Origin: an uncultured Chloroflexia bacterium
Lineage (GTDB): Bacteria; Chloroflexota; Limnocylindria; Limnocylindrales; CSP1-4
DNA: 64,000 nucleotides
Assembly (NCBI GenBank): GCA_963831745.1
Contig: CAWHRD010000001.1
Coordinates: forward strand, 134,293-198,292
Direction of reading: 5' to 3'
This document shows, piece by piece, positions 18,438 to 27,589 of the stretch (position 1 is the first letter of the stretch; each line of letters begins with the position of its first letter). Both the position numbers and the translations under genes were made by a program. The notes below the pieces were generated by a model. That model was not told where the DNA came from, made no database searches, and saw nothing but the letters and a program-made list of their open reading frames with translations.

Positions 18438-19931
18438 TCAGCCCTTCGGCGTCGAGACCCTCCCCGCCTCGATCGCCGCGAGATAGGCCGCGTAGTCGCG
18501 CGCGTTCACGTCGGCGTAGGCCTCCGAGAAGTCGGCGATCGCGCCGTCGAACCGGTCGCTCGTCCCGAGGTAGGCCGCGATCGCCGCCGCGTCGCCCGTG
18601 CGGGCGTGCGCCCGTGCCAACGACCAGCCGCACAGGCCGCCGTAGAAGCCCAGGCCGGGGGCCTGGAGGATCGTCGTGTCGACGCTGCCCTTCATGTCCC
18701 ACAGCTGGCGCAGGTAGAAGTCCCTGCCGCCGGGACCGCGCGTCCAGCCGAGGAAGATGTCGGAGGTGGCCTGCATCAGCTGCTGGCCGACCACCACGCG
18801 CTGGGCGTGGTTGGCGTGCCCGCTCGTCTCGACGTACGGCTCCATGACGGAGGCGGTCGCCTCCTTGGCCTGCAGGATGAGCGGGTCGTTCTCGTCGCGG
18901 CCCTCGAGGACGAAGACGAAGCAGCGGGTGCCGACGCTGCCGACGCCGACGACCTTCAGGGCGAAGTCGACGAAGCGGTACCGCTCGAGGAAGGCGCGCC
19001 GGTTCTCCGGCATCGTCGCGCGGTAGTCGGTGAAGACCTTCTCGAGCGCGGCCGGGCCGCCCGGGACCTCGATGTGGGTGATGACCGGCGGGTCCTCGAG
19101 GATCACCCGGCGGCCGTCGACGACCCCGGTCAGCGACTCGAAGGCGCGCATGCCGTCGCGCCGACGGGCTTTGCTGAAGATGGCCTCGAGCCGCCCGCGG
19201 CGGGCGACCCCCGCGCGGCCCGAGAGCAGCCCCGTCGCCACCCCGGCCTCCCGGATGTCGGTGTCGGTGATCTGGGCGTACCAGACGTCGAGGAGCCGCA
19301 TGCTCGCGTAGCGGGCCATCCACTGGCGGTAGCCGCGCACGGTCATCATCGTCGCCGCGCGGTTCTGGGCGGGGGTGAAGCCGTTGGCCCTGCCGGCGAT
19401 CACGATGCTCGCGGCCAGCCGCTTGACGTCCCACTCCCACGGCCCGGGCAGGGTCTCGTCGAAGTCGTTGGCGTCGAAGACCATCGTGCGCTCGGGGGAG
19501 GCGAACAGCCCGAAGTTGGACAGGTGGGCGTCGCCGCTCGCCTGGACGATGATGTCGGAGCGCGGCGTGGAGGCGAGGTCGAACGCCATCACCGCGGGGG
19601 TGCCGCGGTAGTAGGCGAACTCCGACTCCGCCATGCGCTCGTGGCGCAGGGGCACGAGCTCCTGGAGCCGGTCCTCCTCCTGGGCCGCCAGGATGGCGAT
19701 CGGGTCACGCCCGGGAGCGAGCTCGACGACGGCGTGGGTCGCGCGCGAGACGCGCTTGCGGGCAGCCCTTCCCTGGGCCGCGCGCTCTTCGGGGTTGACC
19801 CAGGGCCGCGCCGTCCAGGTGAGGCCCTGGGCCGGGAGGTCGGCCCGCCAGGCGGCGTCATAGGCCGCTGCGGTCGTCGTGTCCGGGATCGGCTTCCGCG
19901 GCCGCCGGACGGGCTTCGTCGGTTCGGTCAT
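18438..19931 (-). CDS. DUF2252 family protein
   Basis: 'YYRGTPAVMAFDLA..SGDAHLSNFGLFASPERTMVFDANDFDETLPGPWEWDVKRLAAS' matches the DUF2252 pattern by recall. Confidence 0.8.
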   Translation of the reverse strand: MTEPTKPVRRPRKPIPDTTTAAAYDAAWRADLPAQGLTWTARPWVNPEERAAQGRAARKRVSRATHAVVELAPGRDPIAILAAQEEDRLQELVPLRHERMAESEFAYYRGTPAVMAFDLASTPRSDIIVQASGDAHLSNFGLFASPERTMVFDANDFDETLPGPWEWDVKRLAASIVIAGRANGFTPAQNRAATMMTVRGYRQWMARYASMRLLDVWYAQITDTDIREAGVATGLLSGRAGVARRGRLEAIFSKARRRDGMRAFESLTGVVDGRRVILEDPPVITHIEVPGGPAALEKVFTDYRATMPENRRAFLERYRFVDFALKVVGVGSVGTRCFVFVLEGRDENDPLILQAKEATASVMEPYVETSGHANHAQRVVVGQQLMQATSDIFLGWTRGPGGRDFYLRQLWDMKGSVDTTILQAPGLGFYGGLCGWSLARAHARTGDAAAIAAYLGTSDRFDGAIADFSEAYADVNARDYAAYLAAIEAGRVSTPKG

Positions 19932-19968
19932 GGCGCATGTCCTCCAGCAGTGCTGCGGTGCTCGATCG

Positions 19969-21000
19969 TCATGGGGAGCCCGTCACGCGTTGGCGGGTCT
20001 CGGCGGTGTAGCTGATCTCCAGGTCGACGGGGGCGCCGAAGGCCTGCGCGAGGTCCTCCGCGAGCGGCGCGGCGTCCGGCGGCACGTCCGAGCCGGCGAG
20101 GTTGAGCGTGACCGTGTCACCGGCGATCGACCACGACGTGACCCGCAGGTCCGCGTCGCCGATCCAGGCCACCACGATGGGGGCCCCGGTCGTGCTCCGG
20201 ATGGTCGCCTGGAGATTCTCGACGCCACGCCAGGCGAGCGGGATCGCGATGATCACGAGGGCGACGGCGGCGGCCGCGAAGCCGTAGCGAAGACGGTGGC
20301 GCTCGCGGAGCATCTCGCGGCTGGGAGCGGCACCGAAGAGCAGGAACACGATGCAGGCCACGACGACGATCGCCGAGAAGTTCGTGAGGAAGAGGAGGAG
20401 CGCCCCGGCGGCGTCGTCGGGCCGCCCCAGCTCCAGGCAGATCCCCACCGTGGCGAGCGGCGGGACGAGCGAGACGGCGATGGCGACGCCGGGGAGGGCG
20501 TCGCTGCCGGTGCGGCGGCCGGCAACGTAGGCGCCGGCGGCGCCGGCGGCGAGCGCCACGCCGAGGTCGAGGAGCCCGGGTGACGTGCGCGCCTCGAGCG
20601 ACGGGGTCAGGCCGAGCGGGTCCGGCATCACCCAGGAGACCAGGTAGGCGATTCCGACGACCATCAGCCCGCCCAGGGCAACCTCCAGGAAGTTGACCGT
20701 CTGCCAGCGCGTGCGCCCGGTCACCAGCGCGCCGGCGAAGGCCATGATCGCGCCGCCCATGGGTGCCACGACCATGGCCCCGATGATCGAGGCGACCGAG
20801 TCCTGGTAGAGGCCGAACGCGGCGATCAGCCCTGCCAGGGCCAGCAGGACGACGTACGTCTGCAGCGAGCGCCGGAAGGCGTCACCTTCGGGGAAGAGGT
20901 CGTCGAGCTTCGCCGGGCCCAGCGACTGGCGGGCGTCGACGAGGGTGACGGACCCGCCGGCTGCCGCGGCAGCCCCGCCCGCCAGCCCGTCGCCCGTCAT
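19969..21000 (-). CDS. DUF389 (TIGR00341-like) membrane protein
   Basis: ATG at 21000 with a GGAGG RBS. Polytopic core 'GAMVVAPMGGAIM', 'SLVPPLATVG'. Confidence 0.75.
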   Translation of the reverse strand: MTGDGLAGGAAAAAGGSVTLVDARQSLGPAKLDDLFPEGDAFRRSLQTYVVLLALAGLIAAFGLYQDSVASIIGAMVVAPMGGAIMAFAGALVTGRTRWQTVNFLEVALGGLMVVGIAYLVSWVMPDPLGLTPSLEARTSPGLLDLGVALAAGAAGAYVAGRRTGSDALPGVAIAVSLVPPLATVGICLELGRPDDAAGALLLFLTNFSAIVVVACIVFLLFGAAPSREMLRERHRLRYGFAAAAVALVIIAIPLAWRGVENLQATIRSTTGAPIVVAWIGDADLRVTSWSIAGDTVTLNLAGSDVPPDAAPLAEDLAQAFGAPVDLEISYTAETRQRVTGSP

Positions 21001-21096
21001 CGCGAACCTCCGTGCGTGCTTCCCGCCGTCCCCCGCAGGACCGGCGCGACGGTCACGGTAGCGCGCCGCCCGGTGTCGCGCGCAGCCGCGGCGCAC

Positions 21097-22494
21097 TCAT
21101 GCGCCGGCCCCGTGGCAGTGCTTCACCTTGCGGCCGCTGCCGCAGGGACACGGATCGTTGCGGCCGGACTTCACCACGGCGGCCCGGACCCGCGCATCCT
21201 CGGCCGCGTACCAACCGACGAGCTCCGAGGGTGCCCGGCCTATCCGCAGGAGGTCGGACATCATCCGCATCGGCCGGTCGACGTGGTGGAAGAAGGCCTT
21301 GTAGCCGGCGCACAGGTAGTTGAGCCCAGGCTCCCCGTCGGGCGTCTCGATGAAGCGGTCCTTCGGGCAGCCGCCGTGGCAGGCGAACCGGACGTCGCAC
21401 TCGCGGCAGTAGCGCGGCAGGCTGTCCCGCTTGGCGAGCCCGAACCGCTGCTGCTGCTCGGACGCCACCAGCTCCGCCATCGGCGTCTCACCGATGTTCC
21501 CGAGCCGGTAGGCCTCCTCGACGAAGTGGTCGCACGAGTAGAGGTCGCCGTTGTGCTCCAGCGCGAGCGCGGTGCCGCACGTCTCCGAGTGGATGCACAG
21601 GCTGGGCGGCTCGCCGTGCCAGCTCGCGAGGGCGACGTCGAACATCTGGACGTAGACCTCGCCGACATCGCGGCGCACCCACTCCTCGAAGACGCCCACG
21701 AGGAACGGGCCGTACTGCTCGGGGGTGACGGAGCGGTCGGTGACCAGGCTCCCCTCCTGGCGGTAGAGCGGGCGGTCGCGCCACGATCGCCAGGGGGCCT
21801 GCTGCGCCAGGCCCGGCGCCAGCCCGAGCTCGGCGAGAGGCACGTCGACCCGGGGCGCCGGCAGGCGCTCGATGATCGGGATGAACTGCATGAAGCGGGC
21901 GCCGCACGCGTCGCGCAGGAAGCGGTAGACCTCCGCCGGGTGGTCCGCGTTGGCGCGGTGGAGCGTGGTCAGCGTGTTGTACTCGACCCCGTGCGCCTGG
22001 AGCCGTTCCAGGCCGCGGCGGACCCGGTCGAAGGTCGGCGCCCCGCCCTTGTCGACCCGGTAGGCATCGTGCATGCCGGGCGGCCCGTCGATGCTGATCC
22101 CGACGAGGTAGTCGTGCTCCTTGAAGAAGGCCGCCAGCTCGTCGTCGATGAGCGTCCCGTTGGTCTGGATCGTGTACTCGACCGTCATCCCCGGCCGACG
22201 GTGCTTCTCCACGTACGCGGTGGCGCGTCGGAAGAAGTCGACCCCCATCATCGTCGGCTCGCCGCCCTGCCAGGCGATCGACACGTGGGGGATCCGCTGC
22301 GCCTCGATGAGCTGGCGGACGTACTCCTCCAGGAGCTCGTCGGCCATCCGGAAGCGGCTGCCCGGGTACAGCATCTCCTTGGACAGGAAGAAGCAGTACT
22401 CGCAGTCGAGGTTGCAGGTGGCACCGGTCGGCTTCGCCAGCAGGTGGAACGCGGGCGGGCCGGGGGCCGGCGGGGACGTCTGGGCCGGGTTCAT
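21097..22494 (-). CDS. Radical SAM/SPASM enzyme of the anaerobic sulfatase-maturase (anSME) type with a C-terminal SEC-C metal-binding motif
   Basis: 'CNLDCEYCF' CxxxCxxC cluster, 'WQGGEPTMMG', SPASM cysteines 'CRECDVRFACHGGCPKDR', and the tail 'GRNDPCPCGSGRKVKHCHG'. Confidence 0.85.
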   Translation of the reverse strand: MNPAQTSPPAPGPPAFHLLAKPTGATCNLDCEYCFFLSKEMLYPGSRFRMADELLEEYVRQLIEAQRIPHVSIAWQGGEPTMMGVDFFRRATAYVEKHRRPGMTVEYTIQTNGTLIDDELAAFFKEHDYLVGISIDGPPGMHDAYRVDKGGAPTFDRVRRGLERLQAHGVEYNTLTTLHRANADHPAEVYRFLRDACGARFMQFIPIIERLPAPRVDVPLAELGLAPGLAQQAPWRSWRDRPLYRQEGSLVTDRSVTPEQYGPFLVGVFEEWVRRDVGEVYVQMFDVALASWHGEPPSLCIHSETCGTALALEHNGDLYSCDHFVEEAYRLGNIGETPMAELVASEQQQRFGLAKRDSLPRYCRECDVRFACHGGCPKDRFIETPDGEPGLNYLCAGYKAFFHHVDRPMRMMSDLLRIGRAPSELVGWYAAEDARVRAAVVKSGRNDPCPCGSGRKVKHCHGAGA

Positions 22495-22567
22495 CGCGTC
22501 AACGGTAACCCCGCGGGCGAGGCGCCGGTCCCGCTCGGTGGCGTGGACGTGGGCCGGGGGCGGCTGC

Positions 22568-22618
22568 GGGCGCACGCGGCGGCGTGCGCCCGCGATGCCG
22601 CGGCTGGAGTGCCGCGGC
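22568..22618 (-). terminator. Two tandem GC hairpins directly after the 4-TM gene stop
   Basis: gccgcggc/gccgcggc (22597-22618, 6-nt loop) and gggcgcacg/cgtgcgccc (22568-22591, 6-nt loop). No U-tract. Confidence 0.4.
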
Positions 22619-23026
22619 TCAGGCGGCCGGGGGCGGGTCCTTCAGGCCGAAGGCGGCCTTCACCGGGGCGGAGTTCAGGTACAGGAGGATAAGGAGCGGC
22701 ATGATCGACATGCCGAGGCCGAGGCCGGAGCCCGGGAACTGGAGGAAGGCGATGAACGCCTCGAAGAGCGCGACACCGGCGACGATGACCGCCAGGAGCC
22801 AGGCCCACGGCTGCATGGCCCAGAGGCCGAACGCGGCCAGGAGCCACAGGACCCCGCCGGCGATCGCGAGCCAGCCCCAGATACCGACGCTCTCGAAGGC
22901 CGGCAGGTCGCCCAGGGCGCCGAACCAGTCGAAGCCGAGCATCCGCAGGCCCACGAAGAGCCAGGCGAAGCCGGCCAGGGCGGCGAAGAAGCCGATGACC
23001 GAGATGAGGATGGGTGGGTTCTTCAC
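22619..23026 (-). CDS. Small 4-TM membrane protein (hypothetical)
   Basis: GTG at 23026 with a GGGAGAG RBS. About four hydrophobic helices. The helix pattern resembles the C-terminal domain of the gene at 40824..41570. Confidence 0.65.
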   Translation of the reverse strand: MKNPPILISVIGFFAALAGFAWLFVGLRMLGFDWFGALGDLPAFESVGIWGWLAIAGGVLWLLAAFGLWAMQPWAWLLAVIVAGVALFEAFIAFLQFPGSGLGLGMSIMPLLILLYLNSAPVKAAFGLKDPPPAA

Positions 23027-23110
23027 GAGCGTGTCTCTCCCTCTGTGTGATTGTCAGGCGGCGCCGATGGGCCGGCGCTCCTGTGGTTGACCGAGTCTGG
23101 CCGGGACGTC

Positions 23111-23464
23111 TCAGCCGCCGGCGAGGACCTTGGCCTTGGCGGCCGCGAACTCCTCGTCGCTCAGCACGCCGGCCGTATGCAGGTCGCCGAGCTGCCTGAG
23201 CTGCTCGTAGTCGATCCCGCCGGCGGGCGCGGCGGCCGGGGCGGGTGCCGCGGGCGCGGCCTGCTGGGCGGCCATCGCGTCGAGCTGCGCCTGCTGCTCG
23301 GCGACCTGGGTCTCGAGCTGCTGCGTCTCGCCCACGGCCTGCTGCTCGGCCGCCTGGTTGGCGTACTTCTGCTGCTGGTGGTGGCTCACCGCGCCGGCCG
23401 TGCCGGCGACCACGGCCGTTGCCGCGGCCGCGCGGACCAGCGGCCTCCCGCGTCGTCGCATCAT
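23111..23464 (-). CDS. SHOCT-domain protein with a Gln/Ala-rich coiled region
   Basis: The C-terminus 'YEQLRQLGDLHTAGVLSDEEFAAAKAKVL' is the SHOCT signature. AAGGGAGA RBS. Confidence 0.75.
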   Translation of the reverse strand: MMRRRGRPLVRAAAATAVVAGTAGAVSHHQQQKYANQAAEQQAVGETQQLETQVAEQQAQLDAMAAQQAAPAAPAPAAAPAGGIDYEQLRQLGDLHTAGVLSDEEFAAAKAKVLAGG

Positions 23465-23505
23465 CGTTCGATCTCCCTTTGGTATCGGTGCCTGGGGCGG
23501 GTTGT

Positions 23506-23943
23506 CTATGCGGACGCGGCCACGGCCTCGAGCTCGGCGCTCACCTCCGCGAGGACCTCGGGCGGGATGACCACCCGGTTCACGAGGAAGCCGCCGGCGG
23601 CGGCCATCGCGTCCTTGAGGTCCTCGGCCCAGCGGTGCTCGAAGAGCAGGGCCAGGCCGGCCGTGTCCTGCGGCAGGGACTCGGCGATCATCGCGAGGTC
23701 CTCGGGGGTGAAGAGGGCCATGCGGTCGGCGAGCAGGGGCGCGAACTGGGCGAATCGGGGGTCGTCCTTGGCATCCAGCTCGACGATCAGGGCGTTGCCC
23801 TCGGCGTCCCGCCCGACGAAGACGACGTCGACGAGGCGGATGATCTTCTTCTCGACGACCTTCTCGATCTCGCGGGCGATGCTGCCGTCGAACCGGTTGC
23901 CTTCGAAGCCGATGACGATGTACTCGAGCGGTCCGAGTGTCAC
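23506..23943 (-). CDS. DUF6325-like small soluble protein
   Basis: GTG at 23943 follows an AGGAGG RBS. 'LGPLEYIVIGFEGNRFDGSIAREIEKVVEKKIIRLVDVVFV.RDAEGN' matches the family pattern by recall; the family name is not verified. Confidence 0.65.
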   Translation of the reverse strand: MTLGPLEYIVIGFEGNRFDGSIAREIEKVVEKKIIRLVDVVFVGRDAEGNALIVELDAKDDPRFAQFAPLLADRMALFTPEDLAMIAESLPQDTAGLALLFEHRWAEDLKDAMAAAGGFLVNRVVIPPEVLAEVSAELEAVAASA

Positions 23944-24008
23944 GGGTGACCTCCTGCTGCTGACGGGGCGCCGGCCGCGGCCCTCCCGGGTGCGGCGGCG
24001 CGGGGCGA

Positions 24009-24533
24009 CTACCTGGCCGGGTGGGCCATCTGGTCGACGACGATGGCGACGGCCACGACGAGCGCGTCGTCCTGGCCCGGGGTGACCTGGATTCCGTACG
24101 TGTCGCGGACCCGGAACCACTTCTTGGCGACCTCGGCGATCTTCCCGGCGTCGCTCTCGATCTCGTACTCGTGGTCGACGATGTTGCCCTGCACCTTCCA
24201 CTCGGCGCCGGCGTCGAAGTGGACGTCGTAGCGCTCGCGGAGCGGCGAGATCAGCGCCTTCTTGACGGTCGCGACGCGGCCGGCCGCGCCCTCGATCTCC
24301 ATCGTGTCCCGGACGTGGACCAGCTTCTCCTGGATCGTGTAGAGCTCCCGCCCGTCGGCGGACGCCAGGATCAGCGTCTTGCGCAGGCGGAGCGCCTTGC
24401 CGTCCACCTTGAACACGCGCGTGCCGGCGCCGTTCTCGATCCAGAAGTCGTCGCCGATGGCGAACATCTGCTGGCGCATCTGGTAGGCGTTGGCGGGAGG
24501 CGCGCCGGCCTCCTCGTGATGGCGATGGAACAT
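24009..24533 (-). CDS. LURP-one-related (LOR/DUF567, tubby/scramblase-like fold) protein
   Basis: 'YQMRQQMFAIGDDFWIENGAGTRVFKVDGKALRLRKTLILASADGRELYTIQEK' is a typical bacterial LOR pattern. Confidence 0.7.
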   Translation of the reverse strand: MFHRHHEEAGAPPANAYQMRQQMFAIGDDFWIENGAGTRVFKVDGKALRLRKTLILASADGRELYTIQEKLVHVRDTMEIEGAAGRVATVKKALISPLRERYDVHFDAGAEWKVQGNIVDHEYEIESDAGKIAEVAKKWFRVRDTYGIQVTPGQDDALVVAVAIVVDQMAHPAR

Positions 24534-24593
24534 GGCGCAGCATCCTGCCCTACGGTGGCTGACGCGACCATCAGACCACGCCGCGGGACGCCG

Positions 24594-24618
24594 GGCATCG
24601 TCCGAATCAGACGATGCC
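24594..24618. promoter_or_regulatory. Perfect 9-bp inverted repeat with 7-nt spacer (ggcatcgtc-N7-gacgatgcc) in a divergent promoter region
   Basis: Read directly from the sequence. It lies 61 nt upstream of the LURP-one start and 185 nt upstream of the gene at 24803. Confidence 0.35.
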
Positions 24619-24802
24619 GGCGGTGGGCGGGCGGCGCTGCTGCGCGGGCGCCCCGGTGCACGGAAGGCTGCTCCTCGCCCCGGCCCACGACCGGCGCGGA
24701 TGCTTTCATCCCCGCGAGGTGATGCCGCCGGCCGCAGGGACGGCTGGAATGGATACCGTGCCTGAAGCCCGGGCGCGCAGATCGAGCCGCTGGTGAACCA
24801 GG

Positions 24803-25165
24803 ATGACCGTTCAATCCGTTAAGGACGCCTTCCGGCGCCTGACGATCGGCGACGCCGGCGCGGTCTCGGCGCTGGCCTCGGCCGGCGGCGGAGGGCTGGA
24901 CACGATCCACCTCGACCCCCGCACGGAGACCTTGCTCCGGATCGGCGCCCTGATCGCGCTCGACGCCCCGCCGTCGTCGTACCGGACCGCGGTCGACGAG
25001 GCCCTGACGGCCGGCGCGCAGCTCGAGGACCTGCTGGCCGTCCTCGTCGCGGTCGCCGGACCCGTCGGGTCAGCCCGCGTGATCTCGGCCGCGCCCAAGC
25101 TCGCGCTCGCGGCCGGCTACGACGTCGAGGCGGCGCTCGAGGAGACGGAGCAGGCGGGCGGCTGA
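24803..25165 (+). CDS. Carboxymuconolactone decarboxylase (AhpD-like) family protein
   Basis: 120 aa. 'LDPRTETLLRIGALIALDAPPSSY...' is an AhpD/CMD-like helical pattern. Assignment is moderate. Confidence 0.6.
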   Translation: MTVQSVKDAFRRLTIGDAGAVSALASAGGGGLDTIHLDPRTETLLRIGALIALDAPPSSYRTAVDEALTAGAQLEDLLAVLVAVAGPVGSARVISAAPKLALAAGYDVEAALEETEQAGG

Positions 25166-25204
25166 CGCGACGCCGGGGCGGGCCGAGAGTCCGCGCCGGG
25201 AGCG

Positions 25205-27589
25205 GTGCGATCGCGCGCGACGCCGTGGTACGGTGAGCCCGCCGGGGCCCCGGCCGGTGTGTGGGCGGGAGGGATTGCGATCGCGGCGAACAGCCAGCGG
25301 CGAGGACCGAGCGGAGCGGGATTGGTCGTCGCGGCCCGCGGCTCGATACCCCTCGTCGAGGCGAAGCTCCATCCGCCGGCGCCGCGCCCCGGGCTCGTCC
25401 GCCGAGCCCGGCTGATCCGGCTGCTCACGGCCACTCCGGCCCCCCCGATCGTGTCGGTCGTGGCCCCGCCCGGGTACGGCAAGAGCGTCCTGCTGGCCGA
25501 GTGGGCGGCGGGCGAGGGCCGCCCGGTGGCCTGGCTCAGCGTGGACGACAACGACAACGACCCGGCCGTCTTCCTGACGTACCTCGCCGCCGCGTTCGAC
25601 CGGATCGCGCCGCTGGATGGCTCGGTCCGTCCGGCGATGGCCGTCCCCAGCGAGCGGATCCTGGCGACGGCGGTGCCGCGCCTCGCGTCCGAGCTGCACC
25701 GCTGGGGCGGGCCGGCCCTGCTCGTGCTCGACGACGTCCAGCGTCTCGTCGACCGGATCGCGCTGGACGCGCTGGCCGCCCTGCTCGACCACCTGCCTCC
25801 CGGGATCCAGGTCGCGCTCTCGGCGCGCATGGAGCCCGACCTGCCCTTCGGCCGGTTCCGCGTCAAGCCGGGCCTCCTGGAGATCGGCCGGACCGCGCTG
25901 GCCTTCACGCCGGACGAGGTGCGCGATCTGGTCCTGGCAGCCGGCCGCCGGGCGTCGCCGGTCGAGGTCCGGCACCTGGCGGAGCAGACCGAGGGATGGC
26001 CGGCCGCGGTCTACCTGGCCACGCTGGCCCGGGACCCGGGCGCCCGGATCTCCGACGCGTCCGGCGAGATCACGGGACGCGACCGCTTCATCGCCGAGTA
26101 CCTCGGCGATGAGCTCCGGGCCAGCCTCGACGAGGGTGACATCCTGTTCCTGGCCCGGACCTCGATCCTCGATCCCGTCGAGCCCGCGGTCGCCGAGGAG
26201 ATCACCGGGCAGCCGGGCGCGGGCGCTCGGCTGCAGCGCCTCTCGCGCCGGTACCTCCTCGTCGAGCGGGTCGCAGGCTCCGAGGAGTCGTATCGCTACC
26301 ACGGCCTCCTGCGCGATCACCTGCGGGACGAGCTCGCGGCGCGGGAGCCGGAGCGGTCGCCGGGGCTCCACCTCGCGGCGGCGACCTGGTACGCCGCCCG
26401 AGGCCGTCACGAGGAGGCAGTCGGCCAGGCGCTGGCGAGCGGCGACACGGACGCGGCGGCTCGCCTCGTGACGGCGGTGGCCCTGCCGACGTTCTACGGC
26501 GGGCACGGCGCCACGCTCGACGGTTGGCTGCGCCGCTTCGACGACGCGGTCTTCGAGCGCCACCCGCCGCTTGCGGTCATCGCGGGCTGGATCCATCTCC
26601 TGAACGGGCGCCCGGTCGCGACCGACCGGATGGCGGACATCGCGGAGCGCTCGACGTTCACGGGGACACCCCCCGACGGGTCGGCATCGTTCGAATCGTC
26701 CCGCGCCATGCTGCGGGCCATCCTGGCCCGCCACGGACCCGAGGACGTCCTCGCGAACGCCGAGATCGCGGCCGCGCAGGAGCCGGCCGGGGGTCCTTGG
26801 CGGTCGAACGCCGTCTGGCTGCTCGGGGAGGCCCGCCGGCTGGTCGGGGACGTGGACGGCGCCGACGACGCGTTTGCCGAGGCCGTCGCCGCCTCTGGCG
26901 GATCCGGGGGAACGGCGATGGTTGCGTCTGCCGCCCGGTCCGCCCTGGCGCTGGCCCGGGGAGACTGGGGGGCCGCCGATGCGCTCGCCCGGCAGAGCCT
27001 CGCGACGATGGTCGGGGCTCACTTCGGCGAGATCGTGGCCGCCCTGCTGCCGCATGCGGTCTCCGCGCGGATCGCGCTGCAGCGCGGCGACCTGGCAGCC
27101 GCCCGGGAGCACCTCACCCGTGCCCAGCTGGTCCGGCCGCTGGCATCTCACGCCGCACCGTGGTTCGCGGTCGGCGCCCTCCTCGAGCTGGCCCGTGCCT
27201 ACCTGGCGCTGGCGGATCCTGCCGGCGCCCGCGGCGCGGTGCGGGATGCGCGCGAGATCCTGCGCGTTCGGCCCTCGCAGGGAACGCTGGTCGCGGCATT
27301 CAACGAGATGCAGCGGCGGGCGGACGACGCGGCCTCCGCCCTGTCCGGGCCGTCGAGCCTCACCAACGCCGAGCTGCGCCTCCTGGGGCTCCTGCCGACC
27401 TACCTCTCGTTCCAGGAGATCGCCGACCGCCTGTTCGTTTCGCGGAACACCGTCAAGACGCAGGCGCTGTCGATCTACGGCAAGCTCGAGGCCTCGTCGC
27501 GCAGCGAGGCCGTCGTGCGGGCGGTCGAGCTCGGCCTGCTCGAGCCCTACCCCGGCATGGAGGTCGGGCCGCGGCCGGCGCGACGCTGA
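25205..27589 (+). CDS. Large ATP-binding LuxR-family (LAL/MalT-like) transcriptional regulator
   Basis: Walker A 'APPGYGKS', a long helical/TPR-like middle region, and a C-terminal LuxR HTH 'LTNAELRLLGLL.TYLSFQEIADRLFVSRNTVKTQALSIYGKL'. The GTG start at 25205 is uncertain. Confidence 0.85.
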   Translation: MRSRATPWYGEPAGAPAGVWAGGIAIAANSQRRGPSGAGLVVAARGSIPLVEAKLHPPAPRPGLVRRARLIRLLTATPAPPIVSVVAPPGYGKSVLLAEWAAGEGRPVAWLSVDDNDNDPAVFLTYLAAAFDRIAPLDGSVRPAMAVPSERILATAVPRLASELHRWGGPALLVLDDVQRLVDRIALDALAALLDHLPPGIQVALSARMEPDLPFGRFRVKPGLLEIGRTALAFTPDEVRDLVLAAGRRASPVEVRHLAEQTEGWPAAVYLATLARDPGARISDASGEITGRDRFIAEYLGDELRASLDEGDILFLARTSILDPVEPAVAEEITGQPGAGARLQRLSRRYLLVERVAGSEESYRYHGLLRDHLRDELAAREPERSPGLHLAAATWYAARGRHEEAVGQALASGDTDAAARLVTAVALPTFYGGHGATLDGWLRRFDDAVFERHPPLAVIAGWIHLLNGRPVATDRMADIAERSTFTGTPPDGSASFESSRAMLRAILARHGPEDVLANAEIAAAQEPAGGPWRSNAVWLLGEARRLVGDVDGADDAFAEAVAASGGSGGTAMVASAARSALALARGDWGAADALARQSLATMVGAHFGEIVAALLPHAVSARIALQRGDLAAAREHLTRAQLVRPLASHAAPWFAVGALLELARAYLALADPAGARGAVRDAREILRVRPSQGTLVAAFNEMQRRADDAASALSGPSSLTNAELRLLGLLPTYLSFQEIADRLFVSRNTVKTQALSIYGKLEASSRSEAVVRAVELGLLEPYPGMEVGPRPARR

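Noticed and set aside
21097-23026. Radical SAM/SPASM enzyme plus an adjacent small gene as a RiPP maturase-precursor pair
   Set aside because: The enzyme carries the specific anSME signature. The neighbouring 135-aa ORF is a 4-TM membrane protein separated from it by two strong hairpins. No short precursor-like ORF is visible in the 124-nt and 96-nt spacers.
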